Source: Phaeosaccion multiseriatum (lineage: Eukaryota; Protista; Ochrophyta, other classes). From it: a stretch of 64,000 bases of DNA. The stretch's first letter is position 1; the number at the start of each line of letters is the position of its first letter. Under the pieces are notes generated by a model that was not told where the DNA came from, searched no databases, and saw nothing but the letters and a program-made list of their open reading frames with translations. Made by a program: the position numbers and the translations under genes. Positions 23,901 through 36,065 of this stretch are shown in pieces. The DNA is taken from contig OZ218959.1 in the NCBI GenBank assembly GCA_965112735.1, forward strand, positions 372,001 through 436,000, given 5' to 3'.

Positions 23901-26828
23901 GGGAGGGTGAGTGGGTGGAGGCAGTGGGGCGAATTGAGGCGCCCCCCCCCCCCCGGAGAGACAAAGACTAACCGCAGAAGCAGATATCAAGCAGATGTCG
24001 AGCGAGGGGTCGGTGACATCCATCCCCAGTCACACACGCACGCACGCACGCACACACGCCCACCCCACCCCGCCGCCAAGCAACAAGCCCCCGCCTATCT
24101 ACCTCTTGTGTTGGCCACGAGGCTGCTCACGCCAGTGCGGAAATCTGTCCTATGAATGGCCCCCGCCCGCCCTGCGCTGAAATACACATCGAAGTTGGAG
24201 GTGTTGGGGTGCACGCTCCAAATGGCGGCTCCCAAGGTGCCATGTTGGCGGTGGAGCGTCGCCAGAGTGGCCGAACCGGACCTCGGTCTCGAGCCGGCGA
24301 AGGGCAATGCGGCGGTGCCGGCTCTCTCGGCGGCTGCGGCGGCGAGGGAGGGGTGGTAGATGCCCAGACAGCACTGCTGACGAATGTCCCACACACGCAT
24401 GGTGCCGTCGCTGGAGCCGGAGACAATCCTGGTGTCTGCTTCGTCTGCGGAGAGAGAGAGAGAATGGGCGGGGGGGTGGGAGGCGATATGGGCAAGACCC
24501 ACATAGAGAGTTCAGAGAGGGGCGGATAGACAGACAGACAGACACACACACACAGAGAGAGAGAGATGGACAGATATCACTCACTCACTCACTCACTCAC
24601 TCACCCAGCACCAGGCAGCGGACGTTGTCCTGATGTCCGTCGAGCTTGCATATCTTCACGCCAGCACGAGCATCAAAGAGGCGAATCATGTCATCTGTGC
24701 TGCCCGTGGCCACCAAGGAGCCGCTGGAGCTCACGCCCAGGCAGTACACGCTGTGCTTGGCGCGGTACAGCACCCGCTCGGGGGCTGTAGGTACGTGGGT
24801 GGCGGGTGTCAGGACAAGCGCCGGGTAGGTGGGTGGCGGGTGTCAGGACAATGCACGAGCAAGAGTAAGAGAAGACACCGGCAGCATTAGCAAGCAAGCA
24901 AGCACGCACGCACAGACGGACGGACGGGTGAGAGAGAACGAAGGCTGAGTGAGAGAGAACGTAGGCTCTGAGTGAGCGACGGCTGCACCGACTCTTGACA
25001 CTCCCTCTCTCGCCTCCACCGACTCTTGACTCTCCCTCTCTCGCCTCCACCGACTCTTGACACTCCCTCTCTCGCCTCCACCGACTCTTGACACTCCCTC
25101 TCTCGCCTCCACCGACTCTTGACACTCCCTCTCTCGCCTCCACCGACTCTTGACACTCCCTCTCTCGCCTCCACCGACTCTTGGCTCTCCCTCTCTCGCC
25201 TCCACCGACTCTTGACTCTCCCTCTCTCGCCTCCACCGACGTGGGTGGAGCTCCGCATCGGGGTGGTCGGGCTAGGGTGTGTGTTTGATATGATCATACG
25301 AAGGGGTGATATGACACAAGCGGGACATGTGCGCTGCTACGCGTGGTGGTGATACAGCACCCTCACCTAGCTCTGGAGCCCTCCCCTGCAGCCCCCCCCC
25401 CCCCGCTGAGGCCTCGCAGCGTCCCAAGCCCCCCGCTAACAACAATGGGGTCCAGTGCTAAGCGACCGGGCCGGAGAACCACATCGCGCATGGAGGGAGG
25501 AGAAGAGCCATCTGCAGGGGGGAGGGAGGCAGAGGGAGGGAGAGAGGGAGGGAGAGAGAGCGCATGAGAGAGGAGGGAGAGAGAGGGAAAAGAGAGAGAC
25601 ATGGAGAGGGAGAGGGAGAGAGAGAGGGAGAGAAAATACGGAGAGGGCAGAGGAGCGGAGCTGAGGAGCCGTGCTGCGGTAGTAGGAGTGTGGGCGTATC
25701 GGCCGGTCGTTTCACCCCCCCATACTCTCCCAGGCCGCAACTCTCCCCCGTGCGGCACACCACCCCGCGCCCATCCCCTCCCACCTCCCTGCCTCCCTCC
25801 CTCGCTCACCCTCGCCTTCTTCCCCCGCGTGGAGCACCAGCGGCGCAGTCAGGGTGGGCAGATCCCACAGACACAGCTTCTTATCCAGCCCGCCCGAGAC
25901 AAGCACTCCAGAGGCAGGCGCGTAACCCAGGCACTTGACGTAGTCCTCGTGCCGATCGATGGTGGCCAGCGGCCTCACGCTTATACCAGGCCTCCTGGCT
26001 CTGCTGGTGTCGCTCCCTTCTCCGCTTCCTTCTCCGCTCCGCCTCCTCCTCCTCCTTATTCTATTCTTATTGCCCTGGCCGGCGCGTTCTGTGCCGCCGT
26101 CCTCGTCCTCGGTCCGTGCCTCGTCGCTGCTGCTGGAGGAGCTGCTGCCCCGCCTGCTTCGTATGCTGTTACTTCTACTGACGCCATTCGCCACATGGCC
26201 GGCGAGACTCGGGGGCAGTGGCTGCTGCTGCCCTTCCGCCTGCCGTAAGTCCCACAGTTTGATGGTCCCATCGTTAGAGCAAGAGATGGCCATTCTCTCG
26301 TCCGCGACTTGCACATCATTCACCCAATCCGTGTGCCCTCTAAACACCGCCTTGCAGAAAGGCTGCTGCTGCTGCTGCGAGCGCTCTTGCTCGGCCATCT
26401 CGGCCGTTTCGCCCCCCTCCCCTTTGTCAACGCGACCCCCTCCCCCCCCCTCTTCCTTCCCCCCATCTTGTCCTGTCCTACGGGACATCTTCCACTGCCG
26501 TATCGTCCCATCTCGGCCTGCTGAGAGAAGGTGCTCTCCATCCCTGCGGCCGTCCCTGGTGAGTACTCTAAGCTTGTTGACACCGAAGCAGTGTCCGTTC
26601 TCCTCCTCTTCGCTCGCCCCCCTCTCGTGTGCAGCCAAGGGCTTGAGGCTGTACACCAGCGCACGTCTGTGGCGCTGCTCAAGCGGGTAGGGCGAACAAG
26701 AGGGAGGGGAAAGCAAAAGCATTTAAGGAGATGGACAAACAAGAGCAAGGGGATGCGGCTTTTGTTGGACATGACACACGAACCTGCTGCTGCTGATGGA
26801 CCCTTCGATCGTTGTGGTTGTAAGCCAT
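20655..26828 (-). CDS. WDR48: WD repeat protein 48 / UAF1 (USP1-associated factor 1) homolog, multi-exon
   Basis: WD40 repeats GHCFGVNKL, SAGRDGTIRQW, HTDWVNDV, HEDYVKCL, SGGLDKKLCLWD, HQDNVRCL, SGSSDGTMRVWD. Also IKGRPG..LSNRQHLLT, WFSVDCRLG, VNLG, and a C-terminal SUMO-like domain (LRMKKVLAYV, VELLCEG...FIWR). Confidence 0.9.
22985..23445. repeat. Intronic 10-mer minisatellite (GAGTGGGYAT)n
   Basis: About 45 tandem copies of gagtgggtat/gagtgggcat inside a WDR48 intron. Confidence 0.95.
24986..25240. repeat. Intronic 31-mer minisatellite, about 8 copies
   Basis: Tandem ccgactcttgacactccctctctcgcctcca. Confidence 0.95.
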
Positions 26829-27348
26829 GGCAGCTCATTTCCCTTCCCTTTTGTGTTGGTGATGGGTGTCGAGCTTTTGCTTCATGTGTTTGGGTACCCA
26901 AAACCCCTACGTAAATATTAGCTGCTCAGATGGTGGGCAAGAGAGGCGCGAAGAAGGGTTGAGGCAACGAGAGGTGGACGCGGAAAGGTGAGGAGAAAAG
27001 GAGGCTACGACGGGGGTGTGCGGCTGCAGCTGCTCGTCTGCTCTGATTCGTGGCACGTATGGGATTGTCTTCTTCGCCACGGGAGCCTGTGAGAGGGGGT
27101 GAGGTGACCTTTGAGTGGGGCAAGCGCGTGGGCAACTGATGCCTGACTGACTCAAAGCTGTCGCTTCTGCTACTGCTGCTTCTGCCGCCGCTGTTGTTGT
27201 TGTTGTTCCTGCTGCTGCTGCTGCTGCTTCTGATCGGTCTCTATCTTCTGCGCCCCCCAGCGAAGATATTACCATCGCGAGGAGGACAACCCTCTCGGCT
27301 TTCTCCCTGTTGAGGACGGCGAGGGACGCCCTAGCTCTGTGGGCAACG

Positions 27349-30300
27349 ATGCGCCCGCTGATGGGCAAGGCGGTAGACGAGGACGGGGAGGTGCAAGAAG
27401 CAAGGGGGGAGCTCACCGATGATTCTTTGGCCGAAGCAGACAATGTTGGTTTTACCGGAGGCAATGTTGTTTTCCCCGGCGACAGTGGCGCTGGCGAGGG
27501 GGAAGGGGGAGACGGGGGCGGGTTTGAAGATGCAGAGACCTCCGGGCTCCAGCAGGAGGGGCGAGATGGGCAGCCGCAGGGGGAGACGGTCGTTCCTGAT
27601 GCTACTGAAGGTGAAGGAGGCGAAGGAGGGGAGGTGATAGGAGGGGAAGGAGGGGAAGAGGTAGGAGGCGAAGGAGGGGAGGTGCTTCCAATGTCTCCCG
27701 TACCAGGCGGTGACGATATTGGCGGCGACGGAAGGGGGCTAGAGGAGCACCAGCCGGGGCCGCCGTATGGGCCAGGGCAGGGCTTCCCGTCGCCGGAGGG
27801 GGGGAGAGATGAAGGGAGCGGCGGCTATGACCGCAATCAGGAGGGAGGAGAAGGCCAATACGCCAGCCACGAGGGCAGCGTATTAGACGGGGGGGGGGGG
27901 GGGGAGATCGAGGTGCCTGAGGTGGAGGAGGGTGGGCAGGAAAGCGGGCTGGGCAGCGACACAGACGAGCGGAAGAAAGACCCAGGCACGTACAGAGGCA
28001 CGGGGGAGCGGAGACCCTCTGGCGGCTCTGGAACCTCCCGGAGTCGCTTCAACTCGGACCAGCGCAAACTGTACATTGGAAACCTGAACTATGTGACCGA
28101 CGAAGACGCGCTGCAAAAGGCCTGCGCCTCCTACGGGCAGGTGCTGCACACAAAGATTATGAGGGACGCGAGGCAGAACAAGTCCAAAGGCTTCGGCTTT
28201 GTGGAGTTCTCTTGTGTGGAGGACGCGTTGGCTGCAGTGAAGGGCCTCGACGGCACAGACATTGACGGGCGGAAGGTGCGAGTCAACTCCCGCAGTGCCA
28301 CGCCCAGGAAGGGGGCTCTTGCGGCAGCAGGGGGCGCGGGAGGAAAGCAGCAGAAGGGGCCCAAGGATGGGAAAGACTACTACAGAGGAGGAGAAGGAGG
28401 AGGACGAGGAGGAGGAGGGTCAGGGGGCGTGGGTCATCGCAATGGGAGGGAGGCCGACGGCGCCGCACTCTCCCGTCCGCGCAGTGAAGGCCGGCCATTG
28501 AGCGGCGGAGTCAGAGACAGAGACAGAGACAGGGATAGAGACAGAGACAGAGACACCAGAGACAGCAGCACGTGGGACAGCCGCGCAGGAGGCCAGAGAG
28601 GGGGGGACTACGGCAATGGCCAGGGAGGAGGGGACTACGGTGCCAATGGCAGTGGCAGTGGCGGGCGGTACCACGACGACGCGGGCAGCAACAATACGCG
28701 GCCTCCGAAACGGCGCTACTCGTCGCCTCCCCGAGGGGGTGCGGGGGGGCCGGGGGGGCGATCGGCGCCAGCTGCGCAGTCGCAGTGGCAGCATGAGAAT
28801 GGCAATGGCGGCAGCTACGGGGGAGCACGCGCAACAGGGCGTGATGCATACTCGTCGAGCTTCTCAATGAACCAGTCTTCGAGCTTCTCTTCGACCTATC
28901 CGCCGCGGGCAGATTATCCGGACGAGCGCCAGGAGAGGGGGGGGGGGCGAGGAGGAGGCAGGCCTCACGACGGCGGATACAGTAGGGACGGCGGCAGGGG
29001 CATGATGAGGAGCAGCAGTAGAGACCGAGGAGGAGGAGGAGGAGGAGAAGGTGGAGGCGCCACTTACGCCAGCACATACCCAGCGGGGGGCGGCGGGGGC
29101 AGATACGACCGAGAGAGGGGAGACGACAGAGTGCGAGGAGGGCGAGGGGACAGCAGAGATCACGAGCAGTTGCCGTATTCCTCCTCGAGCTCTCGGCCTT
29201 ACTCGTCATCGGGGGGGGGCTACCACGATCCAGCGGACGATGACTACCACGGGAGGGGGGGTCGGCCGCCGCAGCAGCGCAGACGGCTGGATGATGAGGG
29301 CCCGCTACCTCCTGCGCATTCCAGGGGGGGCAGGGGCGGGGGTGGCTATCAGTCGCATTCCGCTCAGTACTCGCCACCGCAGCAGCAGCAGCAGTTGGTG
29401 ATACAGCAGCAGTATGCAAGGGACGCTTATCCTGCCTCTTCGAGGGATGCGGCATGGGATTCGAGGGGCAGAGACAGGGAGAGGGAGAGGGGAGGGAGAG
29501 ACGGCAGGGAGAGAGAGGGGGACCGAAAGAGGATGTACTCACAAATGGAGACGGACCGCCTGCCTCCCTTAGAGACAGATCGCCACCCTTCGCAGTACGG
29601 TGGCAGCGGCGGTCGAGGCATCGGAAGCACCATTAGGAGGGGCAGGGACGACATGGATGGAGCAGGTGGGCGCGGCGACGGCGGAGGAGGGGGAGGGAGA
29701 CATCATCAGCAGCCACCGCGGCAGCAGCAACAGCCTCTACGCGGGGACAGCCGCGGCCGCACCGCCGCTGGCGACTCGTATTACGATGACGAGCGGTACG
29801 GGGCCAACGGCGGCAGCAGCAGCGGGGCTGGTAGGGGAGGAGCAAGGAGAGGAGGAGGAGGAGGAGGAGGAGGAGGAGGAGGAGGAGGAGGAGGAGGAGG
29901 AGGAGATGGGGCGTCGTACTCGCGCTCTCCCAAGGACTCGCTGCCGGGAAGGGCAGCCCCTCACCTGGCGGACAGTGGCGGTTACGACGACAAGGGTAGC
30001 TCGTCGGCCTACGGGCACAGCCAAAGCTACCCGTCCTCCCCGCTCAGTCCGCGCAGCCCTCGAGGAGGGGCGCCGCAGCGACAGGGAGGCTTTGACGACA
30101 GAGGCGACAGAAGTGATCGAGGACGCTCGCTGGAGCGGGGAGGGACAGGAGGGGCGGGAGGGAGTGCGTATGGCACCGCGGCCCCTCTTTCTCCTCTCGA
30201 ATCAGCGCAGTATGCACCATACGATGACGGAGGAGGAGGAGGAGGAGGAGGAGGAGGAACGGGGGGAGGAGGGCGGAGCAGCGCTCGATCGCCGTCCTAC

Positions 30301-31056
30301 GACAGGAGTACTCCTTATGCCCCGGCATCGGGTGGGGTGGGTGGGGCGGGGGGGCGGCAGGAGCGAGGGTACAAGAGGGGCTCGCGCCATATGGACTATG
30401 ATGCGCCGGTAGATATGCCGCCCGCCCAGCACAAGGCGACTGAGTATGAGTCCCCCGTCGCTGCAGGGGGAAGCTATGCCGACGTGGAGGGGGAGGAGGT
30501 CCACTCGGGTGGCAGGGCGGGGCGGGGCGGGTACCCTTCAGGCAGGCAAGGAGGAGGAGGAGGAGGAGGAGGAGGAGGGGGGGGGGCAGTGGACCGAGAC
30601 TACGATTATGACCAACGCAGGGGCGACGGAGGGCCCCGGCAGTCGGGCAGGTCGCAAACCAAGGGTGGCACCAGCACTCCGTCTGCTCCGCTCTCGGGGG
30701 GTGGGGGTGGGGGAGGTAGGAAGGCCGACTATCGATTGTACGTGGGAGGCCTTGCCTGGGCCACCTCCAAGCAGGCGCTGCACGATCACTTCTCGCAGTT
30801 TGATCACGTGCTTGACGCCAGCGTGGTGTACGATCGCAGCGGCAAGAGCAAAGGGTATGGCTTCGTGTCTATGAGTAGCGAGAGAGGGGCGGAGGAGGCC
30901 ATCCGCGTGCAGCACGGGGCAGAGCTGGACGGCCGCACTGTCAAGGTATGCGCTGCGGACACCAAGCACCAGAGGCAGGACAGCAGCGGAGGGTATGGCC
31001 AGACGAGCCAGAAGGGCAGTGGCGATGGTGGTGGTTCAAGGGGGGAGTACGTTTGA
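27349..31056 (+). CDS. RNA-binding protein with two RRM domains separated by a long RGG/RD/G-S-Y low-complexity region; apparently intronless
   Basis: RRM1: KLYIGNL...SKGFGFVEF. RRM2: RLYVGGL...SKGYGFVSM. Uninterrupted ORF of about 1235 codons. Confidence 0.9.
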   Translation: MRPLMGKAVDEDGEVQEARGELTDDSLAEADNVGFTGGNVVFPGDSGAGEGEGGDGGGFEDAETSGLQQEGRDGQPQGETVVPDATEGEGGEGGEVIGGEGGEEVGGEGGEVLPMSPVPGGDDIGGDGRGLEEHQPGPPYGPGQGFPSPEGGRDEGSGGYDRNQEGGEGQYASHEGSVLDGGGGGEIEVPEVEEGGQESGLGSDTDERKKDPGTYRGTGERRPSGGSGTSRSRFNSDQRKLYIGNLNYVTDEDALQKACASYGQVLHTKIMRDARQNKSKGFGFVEFSCVEDALAAVKGLDGTDIDGRKVRVNSRSATPRKGALAAAGGAGGKQQKGPKDGKDYYRGGEGGGRGGGGSGGVGHRNGREADGAALSRPRSEGRPLSGGVRDRDRDRDRDRDRDTRDSSTWDSRAGGQRGGDYGNGQGGGDYGANGSGSGGRYHDDAGSNNTRPPKRRYSSPPRGGAGGPGGRSAPAAQSQWQHENGNGGSYGGARATGRDAYSSSFSMNQSSSFSSTYPPRADYPDERQERGGGRGGGRPHDGGYSRDGGRGMMRSSSRDRGGGGGGEGGGATYASTYPAGGGGGRYDRERGDDRVRGGRGDSRDHEQLPYSSSSSRPYSSSGGGYHDPADDDYHGRGGRPPQQRRRLDDEGPLPPAHSRGGRGGGGYQSHSAQYSPPQQQQQLVIQQQYARDAYPASSRDAAWDSRGRDRERERGGRDGREREGDRKRMYSQMETDRLPPLETDRHPSQYGGSGGRGIGSTIRRGRDDMDGAGGRGDGGGGGGRHHQQPPRQQQQPLRGDSRGRTAAGDSYYDDERYGANGGSSSGAGRGGARRGGGGGGGGGGGGGGGGGGDGASYSRSPKDSLPGRAAPHLADSGGYDDKGSSSAYGHSQSYPSSPLSPRSPRGGAPQRQGGFDDRGDRSDRGRSLERGGTGGAGGSAYGTAAPLSPLESAQYAPYDDGGGGGGGGGGTGGGGRSSARSPSYDRSTPYAPASGGVGGAGGRQERGYKRGSRHMDYDAPVDMPPAQHKATEYESPVAAGGSYADVEGEEVHSGGRAGRGGYPSGRQGGGGGGGGGGGGAVDRDYDYDQRRGDGGPRQSGRSQTKGGTSTPSAPLSGGGGGGGRKADYRLYVGGLAWATSKQALHDHFSQFDHVLDASVVYDRSGKSKGYGFVSMSSERGAEEAIRVQHGAELDGRTVKVCAADTKHQRQDSSGGYGQTSQKGSGDGGGSRGEYV

Positions 31057-32890
31057 GGATGTGATGTGGTTGCGCAATGGAGCGACGTGAGGGAGGAGGG
31101 GGGAAGCGTCGACACTGGGCTCTCGGCGCTGCTGTGCTGCCTGCGCAAGTCTCTTTTGTCCATGCTCTTCGGCAAAGAAAGGGGCCGACGGCGGCAACCG
31201 TTCTGCTGGGATCGTTCTTCTTCGAGCGCCATTCTGAGACTTCTTTCTTCTTTCGAGCCCTTCGCTTCCCCTTCCCCCTTGGGGAGGAGGGCGTAAGGAT
31301 TGTTTTGCTTCTTTTGCTTTGCCGCTCGGAGCAAGTGGAATTGTGTCAGATGCGTCAGAGAGGAGAGTAGAGCGAGGGTGTGAGAGCCGGGGACCACTCA
31401 TTCTTGTGTGGGTATTCGGAGACGTTTGCTTCAGAGGCTTGAGAGCCCACGGTGGGTTATGGGCAGCGGTAAAGAGGGGTTGCATCAAGAGGAGCGGCGG
31501 CTTGTTGGAGAGGCGAGCACGCGAAACTCGATTGAGACTCTGCGAATTGAGAGGGAAACAACTGTATGTGAGCTGCAGGTAGAGCGGGGGCGATTGGCGA
31601 GTAATGCTGCGGCGTTTTCGACTACAGCGAGGAGAGGGAGAAGGGGGGGGCACGAGTGGAGGCGCACGGATATTCGCATAGGTAATTTGTTTTGTTTGGA
31701 TTTTCGGACAGGGTTTATTCGTTTGCTCCTTCACGGAGTGTTTCGTGGGGGAGGGGGTGAGAGAGAGAGAGAGAGAGAGACGGCTTGCCTGGGTGTAACA
31801 GGCGAGCGCTACCGCACGCAGTGAAGTAATTGACGGACGCTCAGACGATTTACGCCGGGTTTTCGGTTCGGTTTTCATCGAGAGACGACGATCGTGCTCT
31901 TTCCTGCTGATGTCGAGTTTGGCCAGCGCAGCGGCTCTGCGCTGGGCATTCGTCCTCCTTCAGGTGCCATCCTTGTGATCCCCGTCCGCTCGCACTCGGG
32001 CCCTCTCTCCTACTTATTCTTCGACTTTTGACTTGGCCTTCAGGCGCTCGCGCTTCTTGTGCCCAGGCCTCTCGAGAGGAGGCGGAAAGACACTTACGAC
32101 TCGCTGTATGCATTTGCGAAAGAGAGAGGACAAGCAAAAGAGGCAGGGCCATTCCCTTTTGTGCCTTTATCTGCCTCTCCCGCCTCACTCCTTCTGCCGA
32201 CTATTTCGGGCGGGGAGAGCCCACTTTGGGACCACCGTCACGCCTACAGTAGTCAATCAGCTATATCAAACACGTTGTGAGCGTGTGACTGGCTGTGCGT
32301 GCTCCTGTCCAGACCCATTGCCAAGGGACGTCAAAAAGCAGTGCCTACGAGGGGGGCTGGCTGCGGGGACGGCTTTGAGAAGCAGAAGCAGCATTCAGAG
32401 CGTGTAGCCATTGCAGAGCGCTGCGCGTCCATCCAGAACAGGCCCTCCTGGCCCATCCTGCTCGCGTTACAGGCTGCAGACTCTGCTTCTGTACGATTCA
32501 ACACCCCCCCTCCCTCCCTCTCTCTCCCTTGTGCCGTCCGCACTGAACTTTTCCCCGGAGACGAACGCTCGAGAGATGTAGAGAATAATACAAGGGGCAC
32601 AGAGAGAGAGAGAGAGCGCGCGCGCTTCGTGAATGACTGCTAAGTCTCTTTTTACCCCAAGGGATCTTCTGGAGACTACAAGATGGGGAAGCGGCTGAGG
32701 GGCGGGCGGCGAAGGGCTCACATTGGCTGGCATTTGGCCGGCTTCTATACAGCCAGAGACGATGGCATTTCCATAGACCCCCTGGGCGAGAGCCTGCCTC
32801 TGTGTCTGCTCCCCGCGGGGCTTATATATATGGGTTACTCTGCTTCTATTTGTGTGCTGTGAGAGACGGAGAGGATGAGAGGATGGCTTG

Positions 32891-35539
32891 TCATTTCTTC
32901 AAGCAGTCGTAGTGGCCGGGCCGGTAGAGCAGCGTGAAGGCCGCCTCCTCTCCCCGCACCTCCTCGGGCAATGTAATGAGCATCAGCCGCTCGCCGAAGT
33001 CCTGCACGCACGGGCAAGGGGCACGCACGAAGATACGACGATGGAGACGTCAGAGCCGAGGGGGAGATATGAGAAACGATCGAAGATGCGTTGCTGCTGC
33101 TCAGAGACCCAGAGAGAGAGAGAGAGAGAGAGAGCACGCCTTGAGTCCACCCCATCCCAGAAACACAAGACTAGAGAGGGAGGCATTGATAGACAAGAGA
33201 GGTTCCCTAAGCGTTCGTAGAGACAAGGAGGGAGGCATTGGACCGAAAGAACGAGCTTACTTGTCCGTCTAGGTACTCCACGCCCACCCTGACGGAAAGC
33301 GCCTCGCACAGGGCCATCATCTGCACCTGCTCGCACTCCTTCCCGTTGGGCTCCACCTCTGCAGTACATGTACATTCGGACGTCGCGCGAGGGACGGAGA
33401 GAGGGAGGATCGAGGGGGCTCGGACTCATTCAATTTCCTGTTTGAGTTTGCTTCTACTACGAAGTACTTCTTTTTACTAGCCTGAGCCTACCCAAAACTA
33501 AACATGTGAAGAGGTGGCGACTTACCTCTCGCGCAGAAAGTGGCCACGTCGGGACAGCCCGTGGCCTCAATGAAGGGCAGGAAGCGCTCTGCGTGCTGCT
33601 TCAGGAAGCCCGAGGTGAGCAGGCGACAGTACCATACCATGTATCTTCGGGACAGAGGAGAGAGGAGAGAGGAGAGAGGAGAGAGGCGGGCCGAGAGGCG
33701 TTTACTTCTGTTGGCACGCGCTGGTACGTTCGCAGGTGCGGAGTGTTTTTTTAAGCTTGGTGAAAGACACGTGTGTGTTTAAGGACTTACTCTGCGGTGC
33801 CGCCTTCCTCCCGAAACTCCGTCTGAACATTGCCCATCAACACGGCGTTGTGAAGTGAAGCAAACAATATGAGGGTAAGAGACAGAGACACAGAAAGAGA
33901 GAGAGGGGGGGGGGGAGGGAGAGAGAGAGGGATTGAGCGGCAGAAAAAGGGAGAGAGAGAGAGAGAGAGAGAGCGGAGACCTCGGCGACGAGAGGACCAG
34001 CTAATGCAATTGAACGTGTCCAACCGAAATGAGACAAAGAACCAACGTCTCACCTCCAAAAGCGACAGTGTTTTGGAGGGCAGGGCCTGCAGCTCCTCCA
34101 CGAAGGGCTCCCAGAAGCCGTCTACTACCATCTCGTTGTAGCCCAGGGCCACGAGCTTGGCCTTGCTGTCCACTACGGCCGCTGTGAGTCTCTTGAGCTC
34201 GGCCTCCGCTGCGCTGCGATCTGACTCGGCCTCCGAGGAGAGCCCTAGGGCAAGTGAGTGAGTATGTGAGTGAGTGCGTGAGTGAGTGCGTGAGTCAGTG
34301 AGTGAGTGAATGAGTGAGTCAGTGAGTCTGTGAGTGACTGAGGCAGTGAGTGAGTGAGTGCGTGAGTGAGTCAGGGAGTGTGTGAGTGAATGAGTATGTG
34401 AGTGAATGAGTGAGTGAGTGAGTGAGTGAGTGAGTGAGTGAGTGAGGCAGTGGGTGAGTGAGTGAGTGAGTGAGTGAGTGAGTGAGGCAGTGAGACAGTG
34501 AGTGAGGCAGTGAGTGAGAGTGAGTGAGTGAGTGAGTGAGTGAGTGATTGCGTGCGTGTACACGCGCAATCGGGTGACGTGGTTTTTTTTGAGCTGGTGC
34601 CGGTGTGAGAATGCACACTTTTGCTAGACAGACTAGCTAGACTGGCACCTCCTAGTGCTAGACAGACCGGCACCTCCTAGACGCACAGCTCCCCACGTGA
34701 ATAAAGCAAGTCAGCTGAGAGATGTCAGTCAACCAAACAGGTGCCTCCTCCTGCCAAGTGCCTCAGATCGAGCACGGATAGCCTCCGGGGTGGGCTCAAG
34801 CCTGCGGGTAGGGAGGAAGGGAGGAAGTGCAGAATCGTAGGCGTCGCCCCTCCCCCCCCAACGTCGCCGACTCACCTTCTATTATCACCTCACACCAAGA
34901 GAACAGGAAGGCTCGGTAGAAGCAATTCCCGTCCCCTCGCACCCTTCGCAGCGAGGAGTAGCGCTGCAGATCATGTGGGGGGAGAGTGAGGCAGCAGTAC
35001 AGCGGCAGCAGAACAACTCAGAGAGTGGTACGTTGGGTTAGAAGGAGGATAGCCTCTCCCCTCCAGTTTGCTCCAGGGCCTACCTTGGACAGATCGTCGA
35101 TGCCCCGCAGGAAGCCTGGCTTGGGATTGCCTTCGTACAGCTTCTTCAGTGCTGAAGGCGGCTCAGGGGCACCAATGAGCTGAAGCAAGAGAAAGAGGGA
35201 TGGGGAGCAGCACCAGGAGGAGGTGATGGGCGGAGACGAGTTGATGGGAGGAGGAGGAGGAGATGAAATAAAGAGAGCAGGAGAGCGCACTCAGAGTGCT
35301 AAACGCGAAGAGAGCACTTGCTTGCCCCGATCCAATGAGATTTAGACCCAGCCCCGCTTCTAGAGGAGACGTCACGGAGATGCAGAAAGGAAAAGGTTTA
35401 CCTCGGCCTCCTCTACGCTTCTCGCAATGTCTCTCTGCTGCTCTTCCTGGGCTTTCATTTGTTCCAAAAGCTCATCCCCGGTCTTCGAGGGCTGATCCTG
35501 AGCTTCTTTCACTTCGGTAGGGATATCCGCGGGCTCCAT
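32891..35539 (-). CDS. OTUB1: Otubain-type deubiquitinase (peptidase C65), about 8 exons
   Basis: The catalytic exon at about 34890-34965 reads RYSSLRRVRGDGNCFYRAFLF. Other exons give YMVWYCRLLTSGFLK, EVEPNGKECEQVQMMAL, VEYLDG and LLYRPGHYD. Confidence 0.93.
34250..34548. repeat. Intronic (GTGA/TCAC)n microsatellite
   Basis: Degenerate tetranucleotide array directly visible in the sequence. Confidence 0.95.
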
Positions 35540-36065
35540 GTCTTTTTTTTGCCAATCTATTGCCGGAGGGGAATCGTTGGGTCAGCCAGCTGTGAGTGGC
35601 CCTGGAGAACCAAAGGGGAAATTTAAAATTTAACGAGCCCTCGCTCGACACGATATCTCGACACACACTCACACACACATATATATATATATTCCAAATG
35701 CCTTTATATTCTGCTTATATTCTTATATTCACCAGACCCGCAGCATGGCGGCGTACCTGAAGGGCCCCACGTTTGCCCGACATTGGGCTGTTTGTACACA
35801 TTGGCGTGCGTGTGTGCATGCTGTGGCCAATGAGTGAGATCAATGAGAGGACTAGAGCGAGGGCGAGATTGAGTGCGTGTGCGTGCGTGCGTGCGTGCGT
35901 GCGCGTTGGGCGTCGAGAGCCTCACAACTTGCTCGGCGGAAGCCAAGGCCAAAGTCAGTTGTAGTGTATCTGCGTGGCCGTGCGTGTGAGGAGCGAACCG
36001 CCCGTCCTGTGTGTGACAGTCTGGCCATTAGCCTGCTCCTCTCTTGTTCCACTTTGTGCCTTCTG

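Noticed and set aside
24986-25240. 31-nt repeats resembling a CRISPR array
   Set aside because: The units are contiguous with no unique spacers, lie inside an intron of a eukaryotic gene, and no cas genes are present.
31100-32850. Possible additional gene between the RRM gene and otubain
   Set aside because: Only short ORFs without recognisable motifs or a consistent exon chain were found. Convergent UTRs explain the region adequately.
20655-35539. WDR48 and otubain as a deubiquitination gene cluster
   Set aside because: UAF1 partners USP-family enzymes, not otubains. Proximity in a gene-dense genome is not evidence of linkage.
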